Origin: an uncultured virus (IMG/VR IMGVR_UViG_3300042814_000160)
Lineage: Duplodnaviria; Heunggongvirae; Uroviricota; Caudoviricetes
DNA: 64,000 nt
IMG/VR virus record: IMGVR_UViG_3300042814_000160
Reading direction: 5' to 3' (one strand)
Shown: positions 37,651 to 46,614 of the stretch, in pieces
Layout: every line of letters begins with the position of its first letter
How positions within the stretch are numbered: position 1 is the first letter of the stretch
Translations under genes and position numbers: made by a program
The notes under the pieces: generated by a model
What the model was told of the DNA's origin: nothing
The model's database searches: none
The model's input: the letters and a program-made list of their open reading frames with translations, nothing else

Positions 37651-39384
37651 ATGCGACGACCCTCCACCACCGTCCTCCTCTTCGCGGTCCTCTTCGCGGC
37701 GATGATGGGGGTGGGCACCACCGCCCAGACCCTCTCGCAACAGGTGCTCCAGCTCCTCGCCCGCAACAACACCTGGACGGGGCTGCAGACGTTCGATCGC
37801 TCGGTGGGGTTGAAGCTGGACCGGGCCTCGGCCCCGCTGGCCTCCCCCACGGACAAGCTGGAGAACCGCGGCGGGAACCTCTATTTCGGCGGCGCGCTCG
37901 TGACGACCAGCGCCTCCAGCGGGACGGTCACCTCGGTCGACATGACCGTCCCGTCGATCCTGAGTGTGTCGGGTAACCCGATCACGTCCAGCGGCACCCT
38001 CGCGGTGTCCCTCGCCACCCAAGGCCAGAACCTCGTGTTCGCCGGGCCCACCTCCGGGACGGGCACCCCCACCTTTCGCGCGCTGGTGGCGGCGGACATC
38101 CCCCCCATCAGTATCGTTACCGGCACGGTCGCGGTGGCCAATGGCGGGACGGGGCTGACCTCGGGCACGAGCGGCGGGGTACTGGCCTTCACCGCCTCGG
38201 GCACCATCGCCTCCTCGGGCGCGCTCACCGCCAACCGATTGGTCCTGGGTGGTGGGGCCGGTGCGGTCCCGACGGTGGCCGCGTCCTTGGGCACCACGGC
38301 GACGGTGTTGCACGGCAACGCCGCCGGTGCGCCGACGTTTGGAGCGGTGGTGCTCACGACCGATGTGTCCGGGATCCTTCCCGTGGCCAACGGCGGCACC
38401 GCCCTCGCGTCCGGGACCTCCGGCGGCGTGCTCTACTACTCGGGCACGGGGACCCTCGCGTCGAGTGGCGCGTTGACGGCCAGCCGGATTGTCCTCGGCG
38501 GCGGCGCCGGGGCCTCCCCGACGGTCCTGGGGTCGCTGGGGACGACGACCACCGTCCTCCATGGCAATGCGGCGGGCGCCCCCACCTTCGGGGCGGTGGA
38601 CCTCGTGGCGGACGTCACGGGCACCCTGGCGGTGGCGAGTGGCGGGACGGCGTTGGCCAGCTACACCCAGGGCGATGTGCTGTACGCCTCGGGCACGACC
38701 ACCCTCGCGGTGCTGGCCAAGAATGCCAGCGCCACCCGCTACCTAGCGAACACGGGGACCTCCAACAACCCGGCGTGGGCGCAGGTGAACCTCGCCAACG
38801 GGGTCACCGGGACCCTCCCGGCGGCCAACGGCGGGACCTCGATCACCGGGACGCCCACCAACGGGCAGCTCCTCATCGGCAACGGGAGTGGCTTCACCCT
38901 CGCGGCGCTCACCGGCACGGCCAACCAGGTCACCGTCACCAACGGCGCGGGGACGATCACCTTGTCCCTGCCGCAGTCGATCGCCACCGCGTCCACCCCC
39001 CAATTCGCCCGGCTCGGGCTGGGCACGGGCGCCGGCGCGACCGCGGTCATCACCACCGCCGGCCAGATCAACACGGGCATCTACGTCCAGTCGAACTGCC
39101 CGACCGCCTCCACCACCGACTGGAACAACGGGATGGTCCAGCAGGTGACCCTGACCGGGGCCCCCTGTACCTTCACCTTCCAGAACCCGATCAGCGGCGC
39201 GTTGGAGTACACGCTGATCCTCATCCAGGACGGCTCGGGGAATCGCACCGCCGCGTGGCCGGGGACGCTCAAGTGGCAGGGCGGCGCGGCGCCAACCCTC
39301 ACCACGACCGCGTCCAAGACGGACATTTGCTTCTTCAAGTGGGATGGCACCAGCTACCTCGGCCGGTGTTCCCTCAACTACTAA
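37651..39384 (+). CDS. Tail fibre-like protein with ANGGT repeats and N-terminal signal peptide
   Basis: Tandem ~83-aa duplication; C-terminal LILIQDGSGNRTAAWP..KWQGGAAPTLT. Confidence 0.75.
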   Translation: MRRPSTTVLLFAVLFAAMMGVGTTAQTLSQQVLQLLARNNTWTGLQTFDRSVGLKLDRASAPLASPTDKLENRGGNLYFGGALVTTSASSGTVTSVDMTVPSILSVSGNPITSSGTLAVSLATQGQNLVFAGPTSGTGTPTFRALVAADIPPISIVTGTVAVANGGTGLTSGTSGGVLAFTASGTIASSGALTANRLVLGGGAGAVPTVAASLGTTATVLHGNAAGAPTFGAVVLTTDVSGILPVANGGTALASGTSGGVLYYSGTGTLASSGALTASRIVLGGGAGASPTVLGSLGTTTTVLHGNAAGAPTFGAVDLVADVTGTLAVASGGTALASYTQGDVLYASGTTTLAVLAKNASATRYLANTGTSNNPAWAQVNLANGVTGTLPAANGGTSITGTPTNGQLLIGNGSGFTLAALTGTANQVTVTNGAGTITLSLPQSIATASTPQFARLGLGTGAGATAVITTAGQINTGIYVQSNCPTASTTDWNNGMVQQVTLTGAPCTFTFQNPISGALEYTLILIQDGSGNRTAAWPGTLKWQGGAAPTLTTTASKTDICFFKWDGTSYLGRCSLNY

Positions 39385-39411
39385 CCCTCACCCTCGCAGG
39401 AGTCCCAGCTC

Positions 39412-39576
39412 ATGCTTCGGAACCTCTCGATTTTCCTCGTGATCCTCGCCATCGGCGCACTCGGCTGGCTGGCCATGGCCGGGGTCGCGCACCTCTACAC
39501 CGACCACCAGAACCTCCATACCCTCGTCACCATCGAGGACGCGCGGCAGCGGGCCGTTACCCAGCCGCCCAAGTAG
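39412..39576 (+). CDS. 54-aa membrane protein
   Basis: AGGAG RBS; MLRNLSIFLVILAIGALGWLAMAG... Confidence 0.6.
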   Translation: MLRNLSIFLVILAIGALGWLAMAGVAHLYTDHQNLHTLVTIEDARQRAVTQPPK

Positions 39577-39592
39577 CGTAGACTCTTCCCCC

Positions 39593-39928
39593 ATGGTGGT
39601 GGCGTACAGCGGCGCGGCCCCGAACGCCGGGGCGACGATGACGGTGCTGCTCTCGGGCACCCCCACCCCGGCGACCATCTACGCCGACGACCTCCTCACC
39701 CCGCTAGCCAATCCGTTCACCGCGGATTTGCTCACCGGGGCGTACCTGTTTTATGCGGATGATGCCCTCGCCTATGACGTCCAGGCGGCGGTCCCCTCCA
39801 CCCCCGACCTGGTGGAGAACCCCGGGGACCCGTTTGTGGTCGCCGGCGGGGTCACCCCCAACCGGGTGATCAGCTTGGTGGTCAACGATAACGGGACCCA
39901 GATCGTCCTCGCGCAGGTGGTGTACTAA
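39593..39928 (+). CDS. Stand-alone tailspike/fibre attachment-like domain
   Basis: GATMTV..SGT..PATIYAD....LANPFTAD...G.Y.FYA. Confidence 0.55.
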   Translation: MVVAYSGAAPNAGATMTVLLSGTPTPATIYADDLLTPLANPFTADLLTGAYLFYADDALAYDVQAAVPSTPDLVENPGDPFVVAGGVTPNRVISLVVNDNGTQIVLAQVVY

Positions 39929-41229
39929 TGCCCAAGCCGTTCACCCTGGCCCTGAACGCGCTGCTCGTCGGCGCGCTCCTCAACCTGACCCTCGACGCGC
40001 AGACCCCCCGGATGGTGGTCCCCGGCGCCGCGACCCTGCCCGCCACCTGCAGCGCGCAGCAGGTGATTTTCCACACGACCGCCCCCATCGGCCTCTACCA
40101 GTGTGTGGCGGCCAACACGTGGAGCCAACTCGCCGAGGCGACCGGGGGCGGCGCGCCGGCCGACGCGGTGTACTGGCTGGGGGCGTCGAATGTCACCCTG
40201 ACCAACGGGAAGAACCTCGGGGCGCTCTCCACCGGGCTGGTGTTGAACACGGCCGGGACGCCCACCGCGTATGGCGGGTCGGCGTGTACCAACCAGTTTG
40301 TCCGGTCGCTCAATGGCAGCGCGGTGGCCACCTGCGCGACGGTCTCGCTCACCGCGGACGTCACCGGGTTGCTCCCCCTCGCCAACGTGGCGAACGCGTC
40401 GGCCGCCTCGGTCCTGCTCGGGCGGGGCAGCGCCGGCGGCGCGGGGGTGTACCAGGAAATCACCCTCGGGGCGAACCTCGAAATCTCGGGCACCGTGCTC
40501 TCGGTCACGGGCGGCGGCGCCGGCGGCAACGTCACCTCCTCGACCGCGATTGGGTCCGAGCCGGGATCGCCCGCGAGTGGGGATGTCGACTTCTACACGA
40601 ACACCCCGCAGTTGGCGCGGTATTCGGGCAGCGCGTGGGTCCCGTGGGGCCCGCTGTTCAAGTTCACCACCCCCTCGGGTTCGTTCTCGTGGGTCAACCA
40701 AGGCTCGGCCACCATTTCCACCACCGGCGGGGGCTACACGCTCGTGGGCGAGGCGGTCGGCAACACCGCCAACCTGAACATCCGGGTCGAGACCGCCCCA
40801 TCCACCCCGTGGACGCGCACCGCCTACTTCGAGCCCATCTTCGTCCAGAAGGGGTTCAACGGCTACGGCATGTGCTTCCGCCAGTCGTCGGACGGCAAGA
40901 TGGCCGTGCTCAACCTCCTCGCCTTCGACGCCGGGCTGACCACCCTCGCCATGGCGTCGAGCAAGTACAGCGGCGCGACCGGCGCGATCACCGTCACCGA
41001 CTACGTCGCGCAGCACGCCCCGAACGTGATCCACTGGGTGCGCTTCGGCGATAACGGGACGAACCGGACCATCGAAATCTCCGCCGACGGGCAGAATTGG
41101 CTCCTGTTTCATTCGGTCGCGCGGACCGACTACATGACGGCTGACCAGGTGGGGTTCTATGTGACCGGCCAGAACGCGGCCACCCCCAACTACGCGCCGA
41201 TTCTCCGGGTCCTGAGCTGGGGCTCCTAA
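39928..41229 (+). CDS. Fibre-like protein with signal peptide and C-terminal beta-sandwich (lectin-like) domain
   Basis: LLVGALLNLTLDA|QT; LPATC...LYQCVAANTW; C-terminal EISADGQNW. Confidence 0.65.
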   Translation: MPKPFTLALNALLVGALLNLTLDAQTPRMVVPGAATLPATCSAQQVIFHTTAPIGLYQCVAANTWSQLAEATGGGAPADAVYWLGASNVTLTNGKNLGALSTGLVLNTAGTPTAYGGSACTNQFVRSLNGSAVATCATVSLTADVTGLLPLANVANASAASVLLGRGSAGGAGVYQEITLGANLEISGTVLSVTGGGAGGNVTSSTAIGSEPGSPASGDVDFYTNTPQLARYSGSAWVPWGPLFKFTTPSGSFSWVNQGSATISTTGGGYTLVGEAVGNTANLNIRVETAPSTPWTRTAYFEPIFVQKGFNGYGMCFRQSSDGKMAVLNLLAFDAGLTTLAMASSKYSGATGAITVTDYVAQHAPNVIHWVRFGDNGTNRTIEISADGQNWLLFHSVARTDYMTADQVGFYVTGQNAATPNYAPILRVLSWGS

Positions 41230-41230
41230 C

Positions 41231-41968
41231 GTGGCCGGGTACCAGTCGATCACCCTCGCCCAGTTGCGGACCCGCCTCCAGGAACTCTGGGAGGGGGTCC
41301 CGTTCTGGACCGCTGCCGAGGCGAACCGCGCGATCAACGAGGCGTTGCGCGAGTGGAATTTCCTGACCGGCCGGTGGGTGGGGACGGTCGTGGTGCCCTG
41401 CACGGCGCTCAACTACGACTACGCGATTCCGAACGCGATCCTCTATCGCACCCGGGTGAGTTGGAATTCCCGCCCGATGTCCGTCTCCTCCCGTCAGGAC
41501 CTCAACTACGGCCGCCCGCATTGGCGCGAGGAGTCCACCGTGAGTGGCGGCGACGTCCCGGCGCGCCCGATGCTGTGGGTACCAGTCTCCTTGCGCCTCA
41601 TCTACATCTGGCCGATGGACGCCGGCGGGCACAACGCGCTGACCGTCGAGGGGGTCGCCACCACCCCGGTGCTCACCGCCGATGGCGACTACGTGGACCT
41701 GGCGGAAGCCGATATCAGCGTGCTCCTCGGGTACGCCCTGCACGTCGCCGCGTTCAAGAAGGGCGGGGGGTGGTTCACCCAATCCGTCGGGTATTTCCGC
41801 ACCTTCCTCATGGCGGCCGGGCAGGAGAACTCGCTGATCACCACCTCCCAGGTGTACCGCCGCTTCATGGGACTGGACCACCGCGACCAGAAGCCCACGA
41901 TTGGCGCGCCGGCGAGTCTCGATCGGATTGTCGAAACCACGATCGAAGCAGCAGGGGGTGGCTCGTGA
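41231..41968 (+). CDS. Adaptor / tail tubular A-like protein
   Basis: ITLAQLRTRL...WTAAEANRAINEALREW; IYIWP. Confidence 0.65.
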   Translation: MAGYQSITLAQLRTRLQELWEGVPFWTAAEANRAINEALREWNFLTGRWVGTVVVPCTALNYDYAIPNAILYRTRVSWNSRPMSVSSRQDLNYGRPHWREESTVSGGDVPARPMLWVPVSLRLIYIWPMDAGGHNALTVEGVATTPVLTADGDYVDLAEADISVLLGYALHVAAFKKGGGWFTQSVGYFRTFLMAAGQENSLITTSQVYRRFMGLDHRDQKPTIGAPASLDRIVETTIEAAGGGS

Positions 41969-42600
41969 TCGACACCGAGGTGATGACCACCATCCAGGAC
42001 GCGCTCCAGGAACCGGCCGACGGCGGGGCGACGTTCCCCTCGGGGTTGTGGACCCAAACCGAAGTCCTCCACCGCATGAACGAGCGCCAGAACCGCTTCC
42101 TCAAGGCCACCCAGGCCCAGGTGGGGGTCGTGTGGCTGGACGTCGCCGCGGGCGTGCGGCGGGTGCAACTCCCCCCGGACTGGCTTACCACCCTCGACGT
42201 GCGCTGGCGCCCGACGGGTGGGGCGTGGACCCTGCTCCTCCGGTCGGACAGCTTCGAGACCGACCACGCGCTCCCCGGCTGGTCGACCAACACCGGCACG
42301 CCCGAGGTGTACATGGACGAGGACGCGCCGCTCTTGCAGGTGCAGATCGCCCCCGCCCCGCCCGTCGCGGGCCAACTGGAGGTCCTCTACATCCCCCAGG
42401 GGGAAGAGATGACCGGCACCGGCGATGTCCTGCTCCAAGTCCCCGACGAGATGGCGGCGGGAGCCGTGAAGTACGGCGCCTTGGCCGACCTGCTCAACAA
42501 GGACGGCCGCGGGAAGTCCCCCGAGCGCGCTGCCTACTGCGAACTCCGCTATCGCCTGGCCGAGCAGGTCGTCGGCCTCCTCCTCGCCGGACGCGCCTAG
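41965..42600 (+). CDS. Second adaptor-like paralog
   Basis: GTG 41965; WTQTEVLHRMNERQ..F, LPPDWL, GTPEVY, IAPAP. Confidence 0.65.
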   Translation: MIDTEVMTTIQDALQEPADGGATFPSGLWTQTEVLHRMNERQNRFLKATQAQVGVVWLDVAAGVRRVQLPPDWLTTLDVRWRPTGGAWTLLLRSDSFETDHALPGWSTNTGTPEVYMDEDAPLLQVQIAPAPPVAGQLEVLYIPQGEEMTGTGDVLLQVPDEMAAGAVKYGALADLLNKDGRGKSPERAAYCELRYRLAEQVVGLLLAGRA

Positions 42601-42618
42601 TCCTGTTAGACTCCCGCC

Positions 42619-45600
42619 ATGCCCGAGCCGAAATCCACCCGGGGGATGGCGGTCACGCCGGCGGACCTCACGGTCCCGTTCGACACGCCCATTGTGCCGT
42701 TCGGCAACGCCGGGCTGAACGTCGCCGCGGCGATTGACGCGGTCAAGTCCGACCAGTTCACCCGGCTGACCAATGTGGTGTTCACCCCCGGGGGCTCCCG
42801 CGAGGTGACCATCCGTCCCGGCCAGGTCGAGTTGGCCAGCTTCGCCGCCTCGCCTGTCCATAGCGCCCATCGGTTCGCCGACCCGTTCAACTCGACCGCC
42901 ACGCGCGTGTGGGGAGTCGGGAGCGAACTCGCGCTGGGGTTGGATGGCGCGGTGTCGAGCGTCGATAGCGGCTACTCGGGCAACCCGCTGGTGCTCGTTC
43001 CGCACCGCCCGACCCTCAGTGGCACCCCGTGGATGTACGTCGCCGACCTCTACAAGATGTCGAAGGTAGCGATCGACGGGACCGTCAAACCCATTGGCCT
43101 CCCGGCGCCGACCCTCGCCCTCACCACCTCGATGGGCGCGGATCAGGAAACGGTCATCGCGCCGTTTGGCGGGGGTGGGGCGACCGCCGGCCCGAATTGG
43201 ACGCCCAACGCCGGGAAGGACTTCTCCAACCCGCCACTCGATACTGGGGTGCCGCTGCCCGGGACGGACGCCACGATTGTGTTGGTGAGTGACCCGGGCG
43301 GCGATGTCCTCGCGGCGGGCAACGGCTGGTGGCAGTTCTGGGGGCTGGCCTACACGTTGGACCTGTCCATGGTCGGGTCGCGCGCCGCCGACGACAACGA
43401 CGTGATGAAGTTGACCATCAAGATTGGCAACCCGGCCGCGTGTGCCGAGGTGCGCCTCTATGTGGTCGTGGACGAGCTGTTCTCGCCGTCGATCCTCCCG
43501 GGGTCCTCGCCCGAGGCCAACCAGGACTTCTACGTCAAGACGTTCCGGCCGGACGACTTCACCCCGTTCATCCAGTCGCAAACCAGCCAGATCATCAACG
43601 CCGAAATCGCCCGGGTGAACACCATCCGCGATAACGCGCTCGACGCGGCCTCAACCGCCGAGGGGTACGCCGCCGCGCGCGACCAGAGTGTCCAGCGCAT
43701 CGACACCCAGTTCCTCGAAACCCAGGACCCCGCGCGCGCCGCGGGCGTGACCGTCGGCGGGTCGACCACCCAGTTTGTGGAACTCGGCACGATTGGCGTC
43801 CCGCTCCGCCGCGGGGACTGGCAACGCTACGGGAACACCGTCGGCCGGGGCTGGGGCACCGTCACCGGGCTGATCGTCTACATCCAGGCCGGACCGACCC
43901 CGGCCGAGGGCACCCAACTCCCCTTTGTCGATGTGTATGGCTGGGCACTCACCGGAGGCTACGGCCCCGACACCATGGACGCGGCGACCCAGTCCTACGA
44001 CTACCGGGCGACCAACTACGATCCGGCGACCGGCGCCGAGTCCAACCCCTCCCCCATCATGGACGGGGTGAATTGGGTCGACGCGCTCCGCCAGGCCGTG
44101 GTCGTGGCCCCAGCCGCCTATGGCGGGGGCGGGATCATCCAGCGCCTGTATCGCCGCGGGGGGACCCTCGTCAACGATTGGTACTACCTCGGGGCCAACG
44201 AGAGTGACGGCGCGGCGTTCACCGATGAGGCCACCGATTTGTCGATCGCGGCCGCCGGGACCCTGGCGATTGACCACTACCAGCCCGTGCCCACGGTGGA
44301 TAACGACGGGAACACGGTGCTGGCCCAACCCGTGGGGTGCCTGTTCGGACCGATGAACGGGCAACTGTTTGCCTTGGGCGACCCCTACCGGCCCGGGTAC
44401 GTCTACGCGTGCATCCCGGGCCAACCGGATCATTGGCCGCCCGACCTCACCAACGAGGTGTGCGCCCCGTCCGAGCAACTGATGGCCGGGTTCATCTATG
44501 GCGGCCAGGCGTTCGCGTTCTCGCGGGAACGGCTGTACGTCCTCTACCAGAACATGACCGGCCCGGGCGGGATCACCTCCACCCCCACCGAGTGTCGGGA
44601 GGGGCTGGCGGGCCGGTGGGCGTACGCGCTGGGGCTGGGGTCGATTTGGTTCTGGTCGCCCGATGGCCCACGCCGCACGAGCGGGTCCGCCGCGGAGTAC
44701 ATCGGCACGGACGTGATGCCCTTGTTCCAAGGCACCACCGTGAACGGCTACCAGCCGGTGGACTTCTCCGCCGAGGCCGCGCTCCGGGTGTGCGTGTTCG
44801 AGCAGGAGGTGTGGTTTCAGTACCAGGACACCCAGGGCGCCGCGAATGTGCTGATCTATCAGGCGCTCTCCCAAACCTGGCGGCACTACGAGTTCGGCTG
44901 GCCCACGGCGGTGATCACCCCCGACCTCGGGAACCCCGTGGACACCCTCCTCATGGGCAGCCGGGACGCCGCCCTCGCCTACACCCACGACGGGACCACC
45001 GACGCGGGGTCCTCGATCGCGTGGCGCGCGCGGACCGGCACGTTTGATGGTGGTCGCCCGCGCGAGGAAAAGCTGTTCGGTGATTTGATCATCGACTTCG
45101 TGGGGTTGGAGGACCCGTTCTCGATCACCCCCTACCTCAACGCCGACACCATCGTGGATGCCTCGGTGACGTTCACCGGTGGGTCGACCCGTGAGCGGGG
45201 GTATCTCGACGCGTTCGGCACCCTGCCCCAGCGCGCGCATTCCATCGCGGCCCACTTCGCCGGGGAGTCCCGCGCGGGCGGCCCGGTGCTCTATTACTGG
45301 GGCGTCAGCGTGGCGCCGCAGCCGGAACTCACCCTCAACCGGGCGACCCAATGGGATGACTTTGGCCACCCCGATGAGTCCTACGTCATGGGGGTCACGC
45401 TCGACTGCGACACCCAGGGGGCGGACCTCACGGTGTTCATCGACGCGGACTTTGGCGGCGTCACCTCGACCCTGGCCACCATCACCGTCAACACCAACGG
45501 CCGGCACAAGCAGAAGTTTTCCTGGCCGGGCCTGCCCGCGCACAAGGTGCGGATCCGCCCCCAGAACGACTGCGGGCCGTGGATTCTCTACCGGGTCGAT

Positions 45601-46611
45601 TGGATCTTCCAGCCCGAGCCCCCGCGGATCGCGCGGTGGGACGCCTTCTTCGAGATGGACTGGGACCAGTACTACACCGGGCTCGATTTGTATTGCGACA
45701 CCGGGGGCCTCACCAAGCTGATCGTGGTGGAGGTGGATGGGACGCCCTTGGTCGACCCGGCCACCGGCCTCGCGTACTGGGCGATCCTGACCGCCGGCCG
45801 CCGGGTGGTCCACCTGACGCTCCCCACCGGCCGCGGGCATGTCCTGCGCTTCTACGCGACCGACGACAACCCGGGGCTCCTCTACACCCACCGCTGGCAC
45901 ACCGATGCGGAGCCGAGCGAACAAGCCAACTGGAACCAGCCGTACACGATCCTCGGCACCCAAGCGGATAAGTGGCTGAAGGGGATCGTGTTCGAGGTGG
46001 ATACCTTCGCGTTGGACAAAACGGTGCGCGTCGAGGCCGACGGGGTCGTGGCGACCACCGTCACCGTGAACGCGGACGGCCGCAAAGTGGTGCAGGTGGC
46101 GATCCCGCAGATACTGGGCCGCGTGTGGCGCTTCATCCCGTCGGACGCCAACCCCTCGCGGTTGTACACCCTCCGCCCCATTTTCGACGAGGAACCCTTC
46201 GCGCTCACCCGCTGGGAAACCCAGGAAGTCGACCACGGGGTCAATGGCTTCTACACGCTGATCGACGCGATGATCACCTTGAAGTCGAACGGGCCCGTGA
46301 CCTTGACCATCACCACGATCATCAATCAGGCGACCGGCGCCGCCGTGACCGACGACTATGTGATTCCCACCACGGGCGGGGTGAAGCGCAAGGTGTGGGT
46401 GCCGTTCCTCGACCGCAAGGGGGTGCTGACCAAGTACCTCTTCACCGGGGACGCGTTCTGGTTGTACCGCGAGGAATCCCAAGTCACCCTCCAGCCGTGG
46501 CAGGGCGGGTCGGCCGTGGTGCGCCAGCCGTTTGGGAATGATGACCTGGACCCCACCCGCGGGATGACCAACGCCACGTTGGCCGCGTCACGGAGCGGTG
46601 GCAGCGCCTAG
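42619..46611 (+). CDS. Tail nozzle / tail tubular B-like protein
   Basis: 1330 aa beta-rich protein after adaptors and before ejection genes. Confidence 0.65.
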   Translation: MPEPKSTRGMAVTPADLTVPFDTPIVPFGNAGLNVAAAIDAVKSDQFTRLTNVVFTPGGSREVTIRPGQVELASFAASPVHSAHRFADPFNSTATRVWGVGSELALGLDGAVSSVDSGYSGNPLVLVPHRPTLSGTPWMYVADLYKMSKVAIDGTVKPIGLPAPTLALTTSMGADQETVIAPFGGGGATAGPNWTPNAGKDFSNPPLDTGVPLPGTDATIVLVSDPGGDVLAAGNGWWQFWGLAYTLDLSMVGSRAADDNDVMKLTIKIGNPAACAEVRLYVVVDELFSPSILPGSSPEANQDFYVKTFRPDDFTPFIQSQTSQIINAEIARVNTIRDNALDAASTAEGYAAARDQSVQRIDTQFLETQDPARAAGVTVGGSTTQFVELGTIGVPLRRGDWQRYGNTVGRGWGTVTGLIVYIQAGPTPAEGTQLPFVDVYGWALTGGYGPDTMDAATQSYDYRATNYDPATGAESNPSPIMDGVNWVDALRQAVVVAPAAYGGGGIIQRLYRRGGTLVNDWYYLGANESDGAAFTDEATDLSIAAAGTLAIDHYQPVPTVDNDGNTVLAQPVGCLFGPMNGQLFALGDPYRPGYVYACIPGQPDHWPPDLTNEVCAPSEQLMAGFIYGGQAFAFSRERLYVLYQNMTGPGGITSTPTECREGLAGRWAYALGLGSIWFWSPDGPRRTSGSAAEYIGTDVMPLFQGTTVNGYQPVDFSAEAALRVCVFEQEVWFQYQDTQGAANVLIYQALSQTWRHYEFGWPTAVITPDLGNPVDTLLMGSRDAALAYTHDGTTDAGSSIAWRARTGTFDGGRPREEKLFGDLIIDFVGLEDPFSITPYLNADTIVDASVTFTGGSTRERGYLDAFGTLPQRAHSIAAHFAGESRAGGPVLYYWGVSVAPQPELTLNRATQWDDFGHPDESYVMGVTLDCDTQGADLTVFIDADFGGVTSTLATITVNTNGRHKQKFSWPGLPAHKVRIRPQNDCGPWILYRVDWIFQPEPPRIARWDAFFEMDWDQYYTGLDLYCDTGGLTKLIVVEVDGTPLVDPATGLAYWAILTAGRRVVHLTLPTGRGHVLRFYATDDNPGLLYTHRWHTDAEPSEQANWNQPYTILGTQADKWLKGIVFEVDTFALDKTVRVEADGVVATTVTVNADGRKVVQVAIPQILGRVWRFIPSDANPSRLYTLRPIFDEEPFALTRWETQEVDHGVNGFYTLIDAMITLKSNGPVTLTITTIINQATGAAVTDDYVIPTTGGVKRKVWVPFLDRKGVLTKYLFTGDAFWLYREESQVTLQPWQGGSAVVRQPFGNDDLDPTRGMTNATLAASRSGGSA

Positions 46612-46614
46612 CCC

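Noticed and set aside
37651..39384. Diversity-generating retroelement suggested by repeats in fibre genes
   Set aside because: Repeats are in-frame protein duplications with changes at all bases; no reverse transcriptase present
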